This document shows, piece after piece, positions 8,353-17,372 of a DNA stretch of 64,000 nt. Below the pieces are notes generated by a model. The model did not search any database. It worked only from the letters and a program-made list of their open reading frames with translations, and was not told where the DNA came from. Position 1 is the stretch's first letter; each line of letters begins with the position of its first letter. The position numbers were made by a program, and so were the translations under genes. Source of the stretch: an uncultured Microthrixaceae bacterium. GTDB taxonomy: Bacteria > Actinomycetota > Acidimicrobiia > Acidimicrobiales > DATDAH01. Location of the stretch: the NCBI GenBank assembly GCA_964649545.1, contig CAZYPY010000004.1:12438-76437 (forward strand). Direction: 5' to 3'.

Positions 8353-9789
8353 ATGACCATGACCACCCGCGTCGAGCAGCGCTCGCCGTACCTCGACGGG
8401 ATGTACGCCCCCGTCCAGGACGAGGTGCGGGCCGACCTCGAGGTGCTGGAGGGCGCGATCCCGGCGGACCTGCGGGGCGTGTTCACCCGCAACGGGTCCA
8501 ACCCCCGGTTCGAGCCCGAGGGGCGCTACCACTGGTTCGACGGCGACGGGATGATCCACGCCGTGCAGTTCGACGACGCCGGCGCCCACTACGCCAACCG
8601 CTACGTGCGCACCCGGGCGCTGGCCGCCGAGGAGGAGGCGGGCGAGGCGCTCTGGACCGGCATCCTCGAGCCGCCCGACTTCTCCAAGTTCCCCGACGTG
8701 TTCAAGGACACCGCCAACACCGACCTCGTGTTCTTCAACGGCGAGCTCCTCGCCCTGTGGTGGCTCGGCGGCGACGCCTACCGGGTCTCGCTCCCCGACC
8801 TCGAGACCCTCGGCACCGAGGACTTCGGAGGCACCCTCCAGACCCACATCGCCGCCCACCCCAAGGTCGACCCCGTCACCGGCGAGCTGCTCTTCATCGA
8901 CTACGACCCGGTCCCGCCGTTCCTGACCCTCGGCGTGGTGTCGCCCGACGGCAAGGTCGTGCGCAGCCAGACCGTCGAGGTCGGCGGGCCCCGCCTCCAG
9001 CACGACATCGCCTTCAGCGACGACTGGATCGTCGTGTTCGACTTTCCCTTCATGTGGGAGCAGGCCGAGGGCCGCAGCCGCCTGGCCTTCCACCGCGACC
9101 GACCCGCCCGCTTCGGCCTCGTCGCCCGGGACGGCGACACCAGCGCGCCCGTGGCCGACGTGCGGTGGTTCGAGACCGACCCGTGCTTCATGTACCACGT
9201 CTCCGGGGCCTGGCAGGAGGACGGCGTGGTGAAGCTCGTGGGCTGCGAGATCGCCGACCCGCTGGCGTCGGACCCGGGCAACGCCCCCGACCTGATGGCG
9301 GCCCCGCAGATCGCCATGCTGCGCCTCGAGCCGTACCTGACGGAGTGGACCTTCCACCTCGACGACGGCACCATCACCAAGCGCCGCATCGACGACCACG
9401 TGGCCGAGTTCCCCCGCATCGACGTGCGCCGCATCGGCCAGCCCTTCCGCTACTCGTACCTGATGCGCTTCGCCGAGCGGTCCGAGCTGGCCTTCGACGG
9501 CGTCATCCGCCACGACCGCCTCACCGGCGAGACCACGAGCCACAGCTGGCCCGAGGGCTGGTACGGCTGCGAGACGCCGTTCTGCCCCAAGGTCGGCGCC
9601 ACCGACGAGGCCGAGGGCTACCTGGTGGCCTTCGTGGCCGAGGAGGCGACCGGGCGCTCGGAGGTGCACGTGCTCGACGCCGCCCGCCTCGGAGACGGGC
9701 CGGTGTGCCGCCTGGCCGTCCCCGCCCGCGTGCCCGCCGGCTACCACTCGTGGTGGGTGCCGGCCGAGGACCTCGCCGGCTCGGCGTGA
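8353..9789 (+). CDS. Carotenoid cleavage oxygenase family (RPE65/CCD/lignostilbene dioxygenase-like)
   Basis: 478 aa. Family hallmarks YHWFDGDGMIHAV, AAHPKVDP, LQHDIAFS, FMYHV, GYHSWW (the conserved iron-ligand His positions). Confidence 0.9.
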   Translation: MTMTTRVEQRSPYLDGMYAPVQDEVRADLEVLEGAIPADLRGVFTRNGSNPRFEPEGRYHWFDGDGMIHAVQFDDAGAHYANRYVRTRALAAEEEAGEALWTGILEPPDFSKFPDVFKDTANTDLVFFNGELLALWWLGGDAYRVSLPDLETLGTEDFGGTLQTHIAAHPKVDPVTGELLFIDYDPVPPFLTLGVVSPDGKVVRSQTVEVGGPRLQHDIAFSDDWIVVFDFPFMWEQAEGRSRLAFHRDRPARFGLVARDGDTSAPVADVRWFETDPCFMYHVSGAWQEDGVVKLVGCEIADPLASDPGNAPDLMAAPQIAMLRLEPYLTEWTFHLDDGTITKRRIDDHVAEFPRIDVRRIGQPFRYSYLMRFAERSELAFDGVIRHDRLTGETTSHSWPEGWYGCETPFCPKVGATDEAEGYLVAFVAEEATGRSEVHVLDAARLGDGPVCRLAVPARVPAGYHSWWVPAEDLAGSA

Positions 9790-9841
9790 GCGGAGCGGGG
9801 GCCCGAGCGGCCCGTGAGCGGAGCGATCGAGAGCGGGGAAG

Positions 9842-11074
9842 ATGACGGAGCCGACGCCGTTCGTCCTGGGCGGCCACCAGACCGACTTCGCCCGCAACGC
9901 CGCCCGTGAGGGCCTCGGCCTCACCGACCTGCTCCGCGAGGCCGCCGGCGGGGCGCTGGCCGACGCCGACCTGGACCCGTCCGAGGTGGGCGTGGCACAT
10001 GTGGGCAACTTCGCCGCCGAGCTCTACTCCGGCCAGGGGCACCTCGGCGGCCTGCTCGTCGACGCGGTACCCGGCCTCGAGGGCGTCGGCGTCAGCCGCC
10101 ACGAGGCCGCCTGCGCCTCGGGCAGCATGGCCGTCCTCGCCGCCACCGCCGACCTGGCCGCGGGGCGGGCCGACGTCGCCCTCGTGGTGGGCGTCGAGCT
10201 CATGCGGGCGGGCGGCGCCTTCGAGGCCCAGCACACCCTGGGCGCGGCCGGCCGGGTCGACGAGGTGGAGGGCATCGACTACCCGTGGCCCCAGCTGTTC
10301 AGCGACGTGGCCGACGAGTACGACCGCCGCTACGGCCTCGACGACCTCCACCTCGCCGCCATCGCCCGCAAGGCCTACGCCAACGCGCAGCGCAACCCCC
10401 TCGCCCAGACCCGCACCTGGTCGGTCGGTGACGGCGCCTTCGGCGACGACGACGAGCTCAATCCCGTCGTCGCCGGGCGACTCCGCCGCTACGACTGCTC
10501 GCAGGTCACCGACGGCGCCGCCGCGGTCGTGCTCGCCACCCCGGCGTACGCCGAGCGCTGGGCCGCCGCCCGGGGCCGGCACCTCGACGACCTCGCCCAC
10601 GTCGACGGCTGGGGCCACCGCACCGCCCGCATGACCATGGCCGACAAGCTCGCCGCCAGCCGCGACGAGCCCTACGTGTTCCCCCACCTGCGGGCCGCCG
10701 CGCTCGACGCCTTCGGCCGGGCCGGCATCGCCGGCGTGGACGACCTCGACGCGGTCGAGACCCACGACTGCTTCACCATCAACGAGTACGCCGCCCTCGA
10801 CCACCTGGGGCTCACCGACCCCGGCGAGGCCTGGAAGGCCATCGAGGAGGGGCGCACGGAGCTCGACGGCGACCTGCCGGTCAATCCTTCGGGGGGCCTG
10901 CTCGCCGGCGGCCACCCGGTGGGCGCCACCGGCGTGCGCATGCTCTGGGACGCCGCCCGCCAGGTCACCGGCCGCGCCGGCGACGTGCAGGTCGAGGGCG
11001 CCCGCCGGGTCGCCACCGTCAACGTCGGCGGCAGCCTCACCACGAGCGCGGCCTTCGTGGTCGCCCGGGGCTGA
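9842..11074 (+). CDS. Thiolase family protein (acetyl-CoA acetyltransferase / SCP-x-like)
   Basis: 410 aa. Active-site Cys context HEAACASGS; C-terminal NPSGGLLAGGHPVGATG and NVGGS motifs. Confidence 0.9.
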   Translation: MTEPTPFVLGGHQTDFARNAAREGLGLTDLLREAAGGALADADLDPSEVGVAHVGNFAAELYSGQGHLGGLLVDAVPGLEGVGVSRHEAACASGSMAVLAATADLAAGRADVALVVGVELMRAGGAFEAQHTLGAAGRVDEVEGIDYPWPQLFSDVADEYDRRYGLDDLHLAAIARKAYANAQRNPLAQTRTWSVGDGAFGDDDELNPVVAGRLRRYDCSQVTDGAAAVVLATPAYAERWAAARGRHLDDLAHVDGWGHRTARMTMADKLAASRDEPYVFPHLRAAALDAFGRAGIAGVDDLDAVETHDCFTINEYAALDHLGLTDPGEAWKAIEEGRTELDGDLPVNPSGGLLAGGHPVGATGVRMLWDAARQVTGRAGDVQVEGARRVATVNVGGSLTTSAAFVVARG

Positions 11075-11091
11075 GGGCGGCGGGGGCGACG

Positions 11092-12024
11092 GTGGGCTAC
11101 CAGTGGGAGGTCGGCGAAGGCATCGCCGGCGGCTTCCGCCGCATCGCCGCCGACGAGCTCACCGCCGCCATCGAGGGCCTGGCCGACCCGTCGGTGCAGG
11201 GGGTCGAGACCACCGTCCACGGCGCCCGCAAGCACTGCAAGAAGGTCCGTGGCCTGGCCCGCCTGGTGCGGCCGGGCCTGGCCAAGGCCGACTTCCGGGC
11301 CGTCAACCAGGGCACCCGCGACGCGGCCGCCGAGCTCTCGTCGTTCCGCGACGCCCACGCGCTGCTGGCCACCTTCGACCGCCTGCTGGTCGAGCCGGCC
11401 GGCGAGCTCGAGCGCCTCGACCTCACGACGGTGCGCGACGAGCTGGTCCGGCGCGCCGACGACGCCAGCCGGGCCGTCGCCGACGGCGGTGACGAGAAGG
11501 TCCAGACCGCGCTCGCCGGCCTCGAGGCGGTGCGCGAGCTCGTCGCCGGGTGCGAGGTCGACGACGACGTCGACGTGCTCCTCGCCGGCGCCCGCACCAC
11601 CTACGAGCGGGGCCGGGGCGCCATGTCCCAGGCCGCCAAGGGCGAGCACGACGAGGACCTCCACGAGTGGCGCAAGCGCGAGAAGGACCTCTGGTACGCC
11701 ACCCGTCTGCTCGCCCCGAGCGCGCCGGCGGTGCTCGGCCCCCAGGCCAAGCTGCTCCACGTCCTGTCCGAGGACCTCGGCGACGACCACGACCTCGCGG
11801 TGCTCGCCGATCTCGTCGGCGTCGACCCCGAGGCCTTCGGCGGCGAGGAGGCCGCCCGCCCCGCCCTCGAGCGCGCCGCCCGCTCCCGGGCCGACCTCCA
11901 GCACCACGCCTTCGGGCTCGGCGCCCAGGCCTACGCCGAGTCCCCCAAGGCCTTCACCCGCCGCCTGAAGGCGTACTGGCGGGCGTGGCAGCGCGGCGAC
12001 GATCCCGACCTCCCCGCCGGCTGA
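11092..12024 (+). CDS. CHAD domain-containing protein
   Basis: 310 aa, GTG start. Helical Arg/His-rich pattern, including VHGARKHCKKVRGLARLV and HEWRKREKDLWYATRLL. Confidence 0.75.
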   Translation: MGYQWEVGEGIAGGFRRIAADELTAAIEGLADPSVQGVETTVHGARKHCKKVRGLARLVRPGLAKADFRAVNQGTRDAAAELSSFRDAHALLATFDRLLVEPAGELERLDLTTVRDELVRRADDASRAVADGGDEKVQTALAGLEAVRELVAGCEVDDDVDVLLAGARTTYERGRGAMSQAAKGEHDEDLHEWRKREKDLWYATRLLAPSAPAVLGPQAKLLHVLSEDLGDDHDLAVLADLVGVDPEAFGGEEAARPALERAARSRADLQHHAFGLGAQAYAESPKAFTRRLKAYWRAWQRGDDPDLPAG

Positions 12025-14718
12025 TCAGGCGGGGCTGAGGGCGCGGCGCTCGTCGTAGCGGGGCGGGGCGGGCTCGAGGCGCACCTTGACGTCGAGGGCG
12101 ACGACGCCCCCGTCGGACACCACGACGGGGTTGGCGTCGAGCTCCACGACCTCGGGCAGCTCGTCGGCGATGCGGCTGACCCGGCAGAGCAGCTCCTCCA
12201 GGGCGTCGACGGCGACCGGCTCGCTCCCCCGGTACCCGAAGAACAGCGGAGAGAGCCGCAGGGACCGCACGAGGTCGCGGGCGTCGGCGTCGGTGACGGG
12301 CACCAGCGCGAGGGCGGTGTCCCGCAGCAGCTCGGCCTGCACCCCGCCCATGCCGAAGGCGACGGTGGGCCCGAACGAGCGGTCGTGGAGGATGCCCACG
12401 ATCACCTCGATGCCGGTGGCGACCATGGGCTGCACGATGCCGCCGCCCATGTCGTCACCGAGGCGGGCGGCCATCGCCTCGTACGCGTCGCGCACGGCGT
12501 CGTCCGACGCCAGGCCCAGGCGGACGGCACCCACGTCGGTCTTGTGCACGATGGCGCCGCTGGCCGCCTTGAGGGCCACGGGGAGCCCGAGAGCACGGGC
12601 GGCGGCCACCGCGGCGTCGGCGGTCTCGACCGGCCGGGACGGGACCGTGGGCACGCCGAAGGCCTGCACGAGGGCGACCGCGTCCGCCGAGTCGAGCCAG
12701 CCGCCCTCGGGGTGGGCCAGGAGGAAGGAGTCGACGAGCGCCCGGGCGGCAGCGACGTCGATCCCGGGCAGCTCGGGCACGGTGCCCGGGTCGCGGCGAC
12801 GCCACTCGGCGTGATCCGCGACCCGGCCGAGTGCCCGCACCGCCGACTCCGGGAACGCGAACGAGGGGATGGCCCGGCCGTCGGGCGACTGGAGCGCCTC
12901 GGGAACGCCCTCTTGACCGAGGAAGCAGGCGACGACCGGCTTGGAGCCGTCCGCCGCGCCCACGATGGCGCGGGCCACGTCATCGGTCTCGGTGACGAGA
13001 GGAGGGACGAAGATGGCGAGGACGGCGTCGACCTCGTCCGAGGCGAGCAACGCTCGGAGCGCGCGGTCGAAGTGCTCGGCGCTGGCGGAGGCCACCAGGT
13101 CGATGGGGTTGCGCACCGCGGCCGCCGGCGAGGACATCCGGCGGAGCTCACCCTGGAGCGCCGCGCTCAGCTCGGGGACCTCCAGGCCGAAGCCGTCGCA
13201 GGCGTCGGCCGCGAGGATGGCCGGTCCGCCACCGTTGCTCACGATGGCCACCCGGCGCCCTCCGGGCAGGGGCTGGTGGGACAGCACCTGGGCGGTGTCG
13301 AAGAGCTGCTCGAGGGTGTCGACCCGGATCACCCCCGCTTGGCGGAACAGGGCCTCGACCGTGGCGTCAGGGCTGCTCAGGGCGGCGGTGTGCGACGAGG
13401 CGGCCCGCTCGCCGGTCGGCGTGCGGCCGGCCTTCACCGCGACGATGGGCTTGGTGCGGGCGACCTCACGGGCGAGGCGGCCGAACTTGCGCGGGTTCCC
13501 GAACGACTCCAGGTACAAGAGGATGACGTCGGTGCCGGCGTCCTCCTGCCAGTACGGCAGGAGGTCGTTGCTGCTCACGTCGGCCTTGTTGCCGAGCGAG
13601 ACGAAGCTGGAGATGCCCAGCCCGAGCAGTCCCGCCTGGTGGAGCAGCTCGATGCCGAGCGCCCCGGACTGGGAGGCGAAGCCCACCCGGCCGCGGGCGG
13701 GCACGAACGGGGCGAACGTCGCGTTCATGCGCACGTCCTCGGCGGTGTTGAGGACGCCCATGCAGTTGGGGCCGATGAGGCGCATGCCGCTGCGCCGGGC
13801 CCGCTCGACCACCTCGTGCTGGAGGGCGCTGCCGCCGTCGAACTCGGCGAAGCCGGCGGTGATGATCACCAGGCCGTGGACCTGCCGGCGGGCGCAGTCG
13901 TCGACCACGTCGAGTACCTGCTCGGCCGGCACCGCGATGACGGCGAGGTCCACGTCGCCGGGGATGTCCACCACCGACGGGTAGGCCCGCACCGCAGCCA
14001 CGGACGTGGCCGAGGCGTTCACCGGGTAGACGGGGCCTTCGAAATCGCCGCGGATCAGGTTGCGGAAGATCTCGTGGCCGATGGTGCCGCGCCGCCGGCC
14101 GGCGCCCACGACCGCGATGGACCGCGGCGCGAGCAGGCGGGTCATGGACCGGGCCTCGGCGAGGCGCTCCCGCACCTCCTGGGCGGCCTGGGCCGCCTCG
14201 GTCGGGGCGATGGGGAACTCGAGCTGGATGGCCCCGCCGTCGAAGTGCTGGTCCACCGGGAACGCGGTGCTGTGGAAGACGTCGAGCATGCGCCGGTTGC
14301 CGGTGAGCACGGCGGCGCAGAACGTGTCGATGCCCCGCTCGCGGGCGGCGAGGGCGAGGTGCTCCAGCAGGAGCGTGCCGATGCCGCGGCCCTGGTGGGC
14401 GTCCTCCACGGTGAACGCGACCTCGGCTCGGCGGGGATCGTCGAGGCGGTCGTAGCGGCCCACGGCCACCAGGTCCTCCCCCAACACCCCGACGAGGGCC
14501 AGCCGGTCGTCGTAGTCGACGTTGGTGAGGCGGGTCAGCCACGCCTCGCTCAGCTCCTTCAGCGGGGTGAAGAAGCGGAACTGGATCGTCTCCGGGGAGA
14601 GCCGCCCGAACAGCTCGTTCAGCGCATCGTGGTCCTCGGGGCGGATCGGTCGCAGGTGCAGGGTCGCCCCGTCGGCCAGGACGACGTCGGTCTCCCATTC
14701 GGACGGGTACGTGGCCAC
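12025..14718 (-). CDS. Bifunctional GNAT acetyltransferase / ADP-forming acyl-CoA synthetase-like protein (Pat-type protein acetyltransferase, GNAT at N-terminus)
   Basis: 897 aa. N-terminal GNAT (VEDAHQGRGIGTLLLEHL), CoA-binding/succinyl-CoA-synthetase-like middle, C-terminal ATP-grasp. Its stop abuts the CHAD stop (convergent, no gap). Confidence 0.9.
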   Translation of the reverse strand: MATYPSEWETDVVLADGATLHLRPIRPEDHDALNELFGRLSPETIQFRFFTPLKELSEAWLTRLTNVDYDDRLALVGVLGEDLVAVGRYDRLDDPRRAEVAFTVEDAHQGRGIGTLLLEHLALAARERGIDTFCAAVLTGNRRMLDVFHSTAFPVDQHFDGGAIQLEFPIAPTEAAQAAQEVRERLAEARSMTRLLAPRSIAVVGAGRRRGTIGHEIFRNLIRGDFEGPVYPVNASATSVAAVRAYPSVVDIPGDVDLAVIAVPAEQVLDVVDDCARRQVHGLVIITAGFAEFDGGSALQHEVVERARRSGMRLIGPNCMGVLNTAEDVRMNATFAPFVPARGRVGFASQSGALGIELLHQAGLLGLGISSFVSLGNKADVSSNDLLPYWQEDAGTDVILLYLESFGNPRKFGRLAREVARTKPIVAVKAGRTPTGERAASSHTAALSSPDATVEALFRQAGVIRVDTLEQLFDTAQVLSHQPLPGGRRVAIVSNGGGPAILAADACDGFGLEVPELSAALQGELRRMSSPAAAVRNPIDLVASASAEHFDRALRALLASDEVDAVLAIFVPPLVTETDDVARAIVGAADGSKPVVACFLGQEGVPEALQSPDGRAIPSFAFPESAVRALGRVADHAEWRRRDPGTVPELPGIDVAAARALVDSFLLAHPEGGWLDSADAVALVQAFGVPTVPSRPVETADAAVAAARALGLPVALKAASGAIVHKTDVGAVRLGLASDDAVRDAYEAMAARLGDDMGGGIVQPMVATGIEVIVGILHDRSFGPTVAFGMGGVQAELLRDTALALVPVTDADARDLVRSLRLSPLFFGYRGSEPVAVDALEELLCRVSRIADELPEVVELDANPVVVSDGGVVALDVKVRLEPAPPRYDERRALSPA

Positions 14719-14770
14719 CGCGGCACCCTAACGGCGCGCCTCCACGGGGCCGACCCCGTGACCACGGTGT

Positions 14771-16003
14771 TCATCCCAGCGACATCGGGATGACCTCGAC
14801 GCTCCCGTCGGGGGCCTGGTGCTCGATGACGAGCGGCATGCCCTCCCCCCCGCCGATGCCCATGGCGCCGACGACGGTGCCGGCCAGCTCGAGCAGGGCG
14901 TCGACCGGCACGATGGCCTCGGGAGCGTGCACGCCCGGCCCGCCCTCGAGCGCGCCGCGCCGGTGCAGCACCGCCCCGAGCGCGGCCGGGATTCCGGTCC
15001 CCTCGCCGGCGCCCTCACCGGTGGAGGCCAGGGTGCAGACGAAGCGGTGGTCCTCACCGTCCTTCACCCCGTCCACGACGACGCGGAGCGCACCCGCCGG
15101 GCCCGTGACGCCCGCCTCGGCGAGGAACCGGGGCCGCTCGTGGCGCAGGACCGCCACCATCATGTCGATGGGCGGGATCTGGTGGCCGAGCACGTCGACG
15201 GGCTCCTCGCCCCCCATCCCGGCCCGGACGAGGTCCTGGGTCATGGTGAAGTACGGCAGGGGGAAGACCACGCCGAGGTTCGTGGCACGGCGCAAGCTCG
15301 GGAACGTCGTCGGCAGGGTGATGGTCTCGGGGTGGGGGTACGGGAAGACCGGGTAGATGCCGAGGCCCGGGAAGTCCTCGTGGCGGACGAAGGCGGCGCC
15401 GTCCTCGCCGAGCTGGCGGACCTGCACCATCTCGCCGTCCACGAAGAGGGGCACGTCGTTCACCATGGCGTGCACCCGGTGCTTGATCACCGCCGGGCCC
15501 TCGTCGGGCTCGCCGCCGTGGATGTGCATGATGTCCGCGCCGGTCACCTCGTCGAGGAGCTGCTCGGCGCAGAGCTTCACGAAGATGTTGGCCAGGCCGG
15601 GTGAGTTGCCCATACCGATCAGGGCGGTGACGCCGGCGGCCCGGGCGTCGTCGTCGAGCGCGAGCATGGCCCGGGTGGCGGACAGGTCGTCGCAGATGTC
15701 GACGTAGCCGATGCCCGCCTCGATGGCCGCGGCCAGCGTGGGGGGACCGAACCGGTAGAAGGGCCCGACGCAGTTCAGGACGACGTCGGCGCCCTCCAGG
15801 GCCGCGACGAGCGCGGCCCGGTCGGTCACGTCGACCGCGAGGGGACGGAAGCGCTCGTCGCCGATCTCGGCCACCACGCCCGCGACCACGTCCTCGCGGA
15901 CGTCACCGACCCGCACCTCGTCCAGCTCCGGCACGTGGGCCAGCGCCTCCGTCGCCACCCGGCCCACGCCCCCGGCCCCGCCCAGCACCACGATCGCACC
16001 CAC
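14771..16003 (-). CDS. Saccharopine dehydrogenase family NAD(P)-binding protein
   Basis: ORF 14771..16345 trimmed to GTG at 16003 (VGAIVVLGGAGGVGR Rossmann motif at the N-terminus). GAGGAGAGGA SD upstream. The discarded N-terminal extension is Arg/Ser/Pro junk. Confidence 0.85.
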   Translation of the reverse strand: MGAIVVLGGAGGVGRVATEALAHVPELDEVRVGDVREDVVAGVVAEIGDERFRPLAVDVTDRAALVAALEGADVVLNCVGPFYRFGPPTLAAAIEAGIGYVDICDDLSATRAMLALDDDARAAGVTALIGMGNSPGLANIFVKLCAEQLLDEVTGADIMHIHGGEPDEGPAVIKHRVHAMVNDVPLFVDGEMVQVRQLGEDGAAFVRHEDFPGLGIYPVFPYPHPETITLPTTFPSLRRATNLGVVFPLPYFTMTQDLVRAGMGGEEPVDVLGHQIPPIDMMVAVLRHERPRFLAEAGVTGPAGALRVVVDGVKDGEDHRFVCTLASTGEGAGEGTGIPAALGAVLHRRGALEGGPGVHAPEAIVPVDALLELAGTVVGAMGIGGGEGMPLVIEHQAPDGSVEVIPMSLG

Positions 16004-16079
16004 GGCGCGCTCCTCTCCTCCTGCTCGTGGCCCGACCCGCCGTCGCGCCGTCGGGGACGACGCTAGGCGAGCGGGCGGC

Positions 16080-16508
16080 TCAGGGTGACCAGCCCTCGGG
16101 GGCGAGCTCGAAGCCCTCGAAGCGGAACGCCGGCGAGACCGTGCACCCGACCAGGGTGAAGGCGCCAAGGCTGCGGGCCGCCTGCCACTCGCCCGCGGGG
16201 ACGACGGCCTGGGGCACCTCGCCGGCGGCGAGGTCGAGCCCGAGCACCACGCGCCGGTCCCGCCCGATCGACAGCTCGAGGGGGTCGCCGGCGTAGTGGT
16301 GCCACACCTCGGCGGCGTCGACCCGGTGCCAGTGCGAGCGCTCACCCGCCCGCAGGAGGAAGTAGATGGCGGTCCCGCTCCCTCGCCGCCCGTCGACGTC
16401 CGGGTCCCGCCAGGTCTCCCGGAACCAGCCCCCCTCGGGGTGCGGTTCGAGCCGGAGGCGTTCGATCAGCTCGTCGGCCGGCGCGACCGGGTCGGGAGGC
16501 AGGCCCAC
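16080..16508 (-). CDS. Cupin domain protein (DUF985-like)
   Basis: 142 aa. LEPHPEGGWFRETWR ... IYFLL..GERSHWHRV ... EVWHHYAGDPLEL pattern. Confidence 0.85.
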   Translation of the reverse strand: MGLPPDPVAPADELIERLRLEPHPEGGWFRETWRDPDVDGRRGSGTAIYFLLRAGERSHWHRVDAAEVWHHYAGDPLELSIGRDRRVVLGLDLAAGEVPQAVVPAGEWQAARSLGAFTLVGCTVSPAFRFEGFELAPEGWSP

Positions 16509-16535
16509 GGGACGATCGTAGAGCCGGCCGGACCG

Positions 16536-16579
16536 CCGAACGGGCCCGGGAGGTGGGCGCGGACCCCGGACCCGTTCGG
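16536..16579 (-). terminator. GC-rich hairpin (15-bp stem with one mismatch, 14-nt loop) downstream of gene 16591..17223
   Basis: ccgaacgggcccggg (16536..16550) pairs with cccggacccgttcgg (16565..16579) at 14 of 15 positions. Sits 12 nt after the stop of the upstream minus-strand gene. No U-tract. Confidence 0.45.
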
Positions 16580-16590
16580 CCCAGCCGGCG

Positions 16591-17223
16591 TCAGCTCAGG
16601 CGGCGCCAGAGCACCGACTGCGCGGGGTCCACCTCGTCGATGAACACGCCCGCCGCCGAGTCGACGAGCTGGGCGAAGCCGGCGTCCGCCGCGAGGGCCG
16701 CCTGCTGGGCCTGCATCGTCGCGGCGTCGGCACTGCCCGTGAACCAGGCCACCCCGCTGTACGCGCCGGTCACGTTGCGCATGAACAGCGTGCTCGCTCC
16801 GGTCGCGGCGTCGGCCCGCGCCGCGATCTCGGCCCCGAGGCCGATCCCCTTCACCATCTGGCCCCCGGCACAGGCGGCACGCACCGACGAGACGTAGAGC
16901 GGGTTCGCCTCGGGGTCGGGGGCGCCGGTGACGAGCTCCATGAGCTCGTCGTCGACGGGCGAGCCCGGGACGATCCAGTCGCGACCTTCCGCGGACTTGG
17001 CCATGTAGGCCTGGTCACCCATCAGCGCGTTGCTCGACGCTTCGAGCGCGACCAGGTCCTCGTACCACGAGGTCCAGGCGATGGTGCCGAAGCCGGCCGA
17101 GTAGACCGCACCCCAGACCTGGCTCTCCACCCCACTGGCGGCCTGGGCAGCAGTCGCGGTCTCCGTGGCCCACGCCACCCCGTCGAAGCTGTTGATGCGC
17201 GCTCGGCGCGAGTACAGGTACAT
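16591..17223 (-). CDS. Hypothetical protein, apparent internal duplication (two ~105-aa halves, possibly ferredoxin-like/ABM-type)
   Basis: ORF 16591..17319 trimmed to ATG 17223 (MYLYSRRARINS), preceded by a GAGGGGGGAAG SD. High GC3. No recognisable catalytic motif. Confidence 0.7.
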   Translation of the reverse strand: MYLYSRRARINSFDGVAWATETATAAQAASGVESQVWGAVYSAGFGTIAWTSWYEDLVALEASSNALMGDQAYMAKSAEGRDWIVPGSPVDDELMELVTGAPDPEANPLYVSSVRAACAGGQMVKGIGLGAEIAARADAATGASTLFMRNVTGAYSGVAWFTGSADAATMQAQQAALAADAGFAQLVDSAAGVFIDEVDPAQSVLWRRLS

Positions 17224-17290
17224 GTCACTTCCCCCCTCGAGGCCGCCCGGGTGGCCACCCCTCGTTGACGAGCGCACCGTAGGGAGGCGA

Positions 17291-17345
17291 CGCGAACCGA
17301 ACGCGAACCGGACGCGCACCGATCGCGCACAGATCGCGAGCGGGA
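17291..17345. promoter_or_regulatory. Five tandem 11-nt direct repeats (CGCG-N-A/G-C core) in the divergent promoter region next to the SARP gene; candidate SARP operator
   Basis: Read directly: cgcgaaccgaa / cgcgaaccgga / cgcgcaccgat / cgcgcacagat / cgcgagcggga, in exact 11-nt phase. Ends 27 nt before the SARP ATG. Confidence 0.5.
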
Positions 17346-17372
17346 GCGGACGCCGACCGGTACCTTCTGCGC

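Noticed and set aside
6997-10008. 1003-aa minus-strand ORF opposite the TetR, hydroxylase, CCD and thiolase genes
   Set aside because: Same reasoning: no recognisable domain, Arg/Gly/Ala-rich, and antisense to genes with diagnostic motifs.
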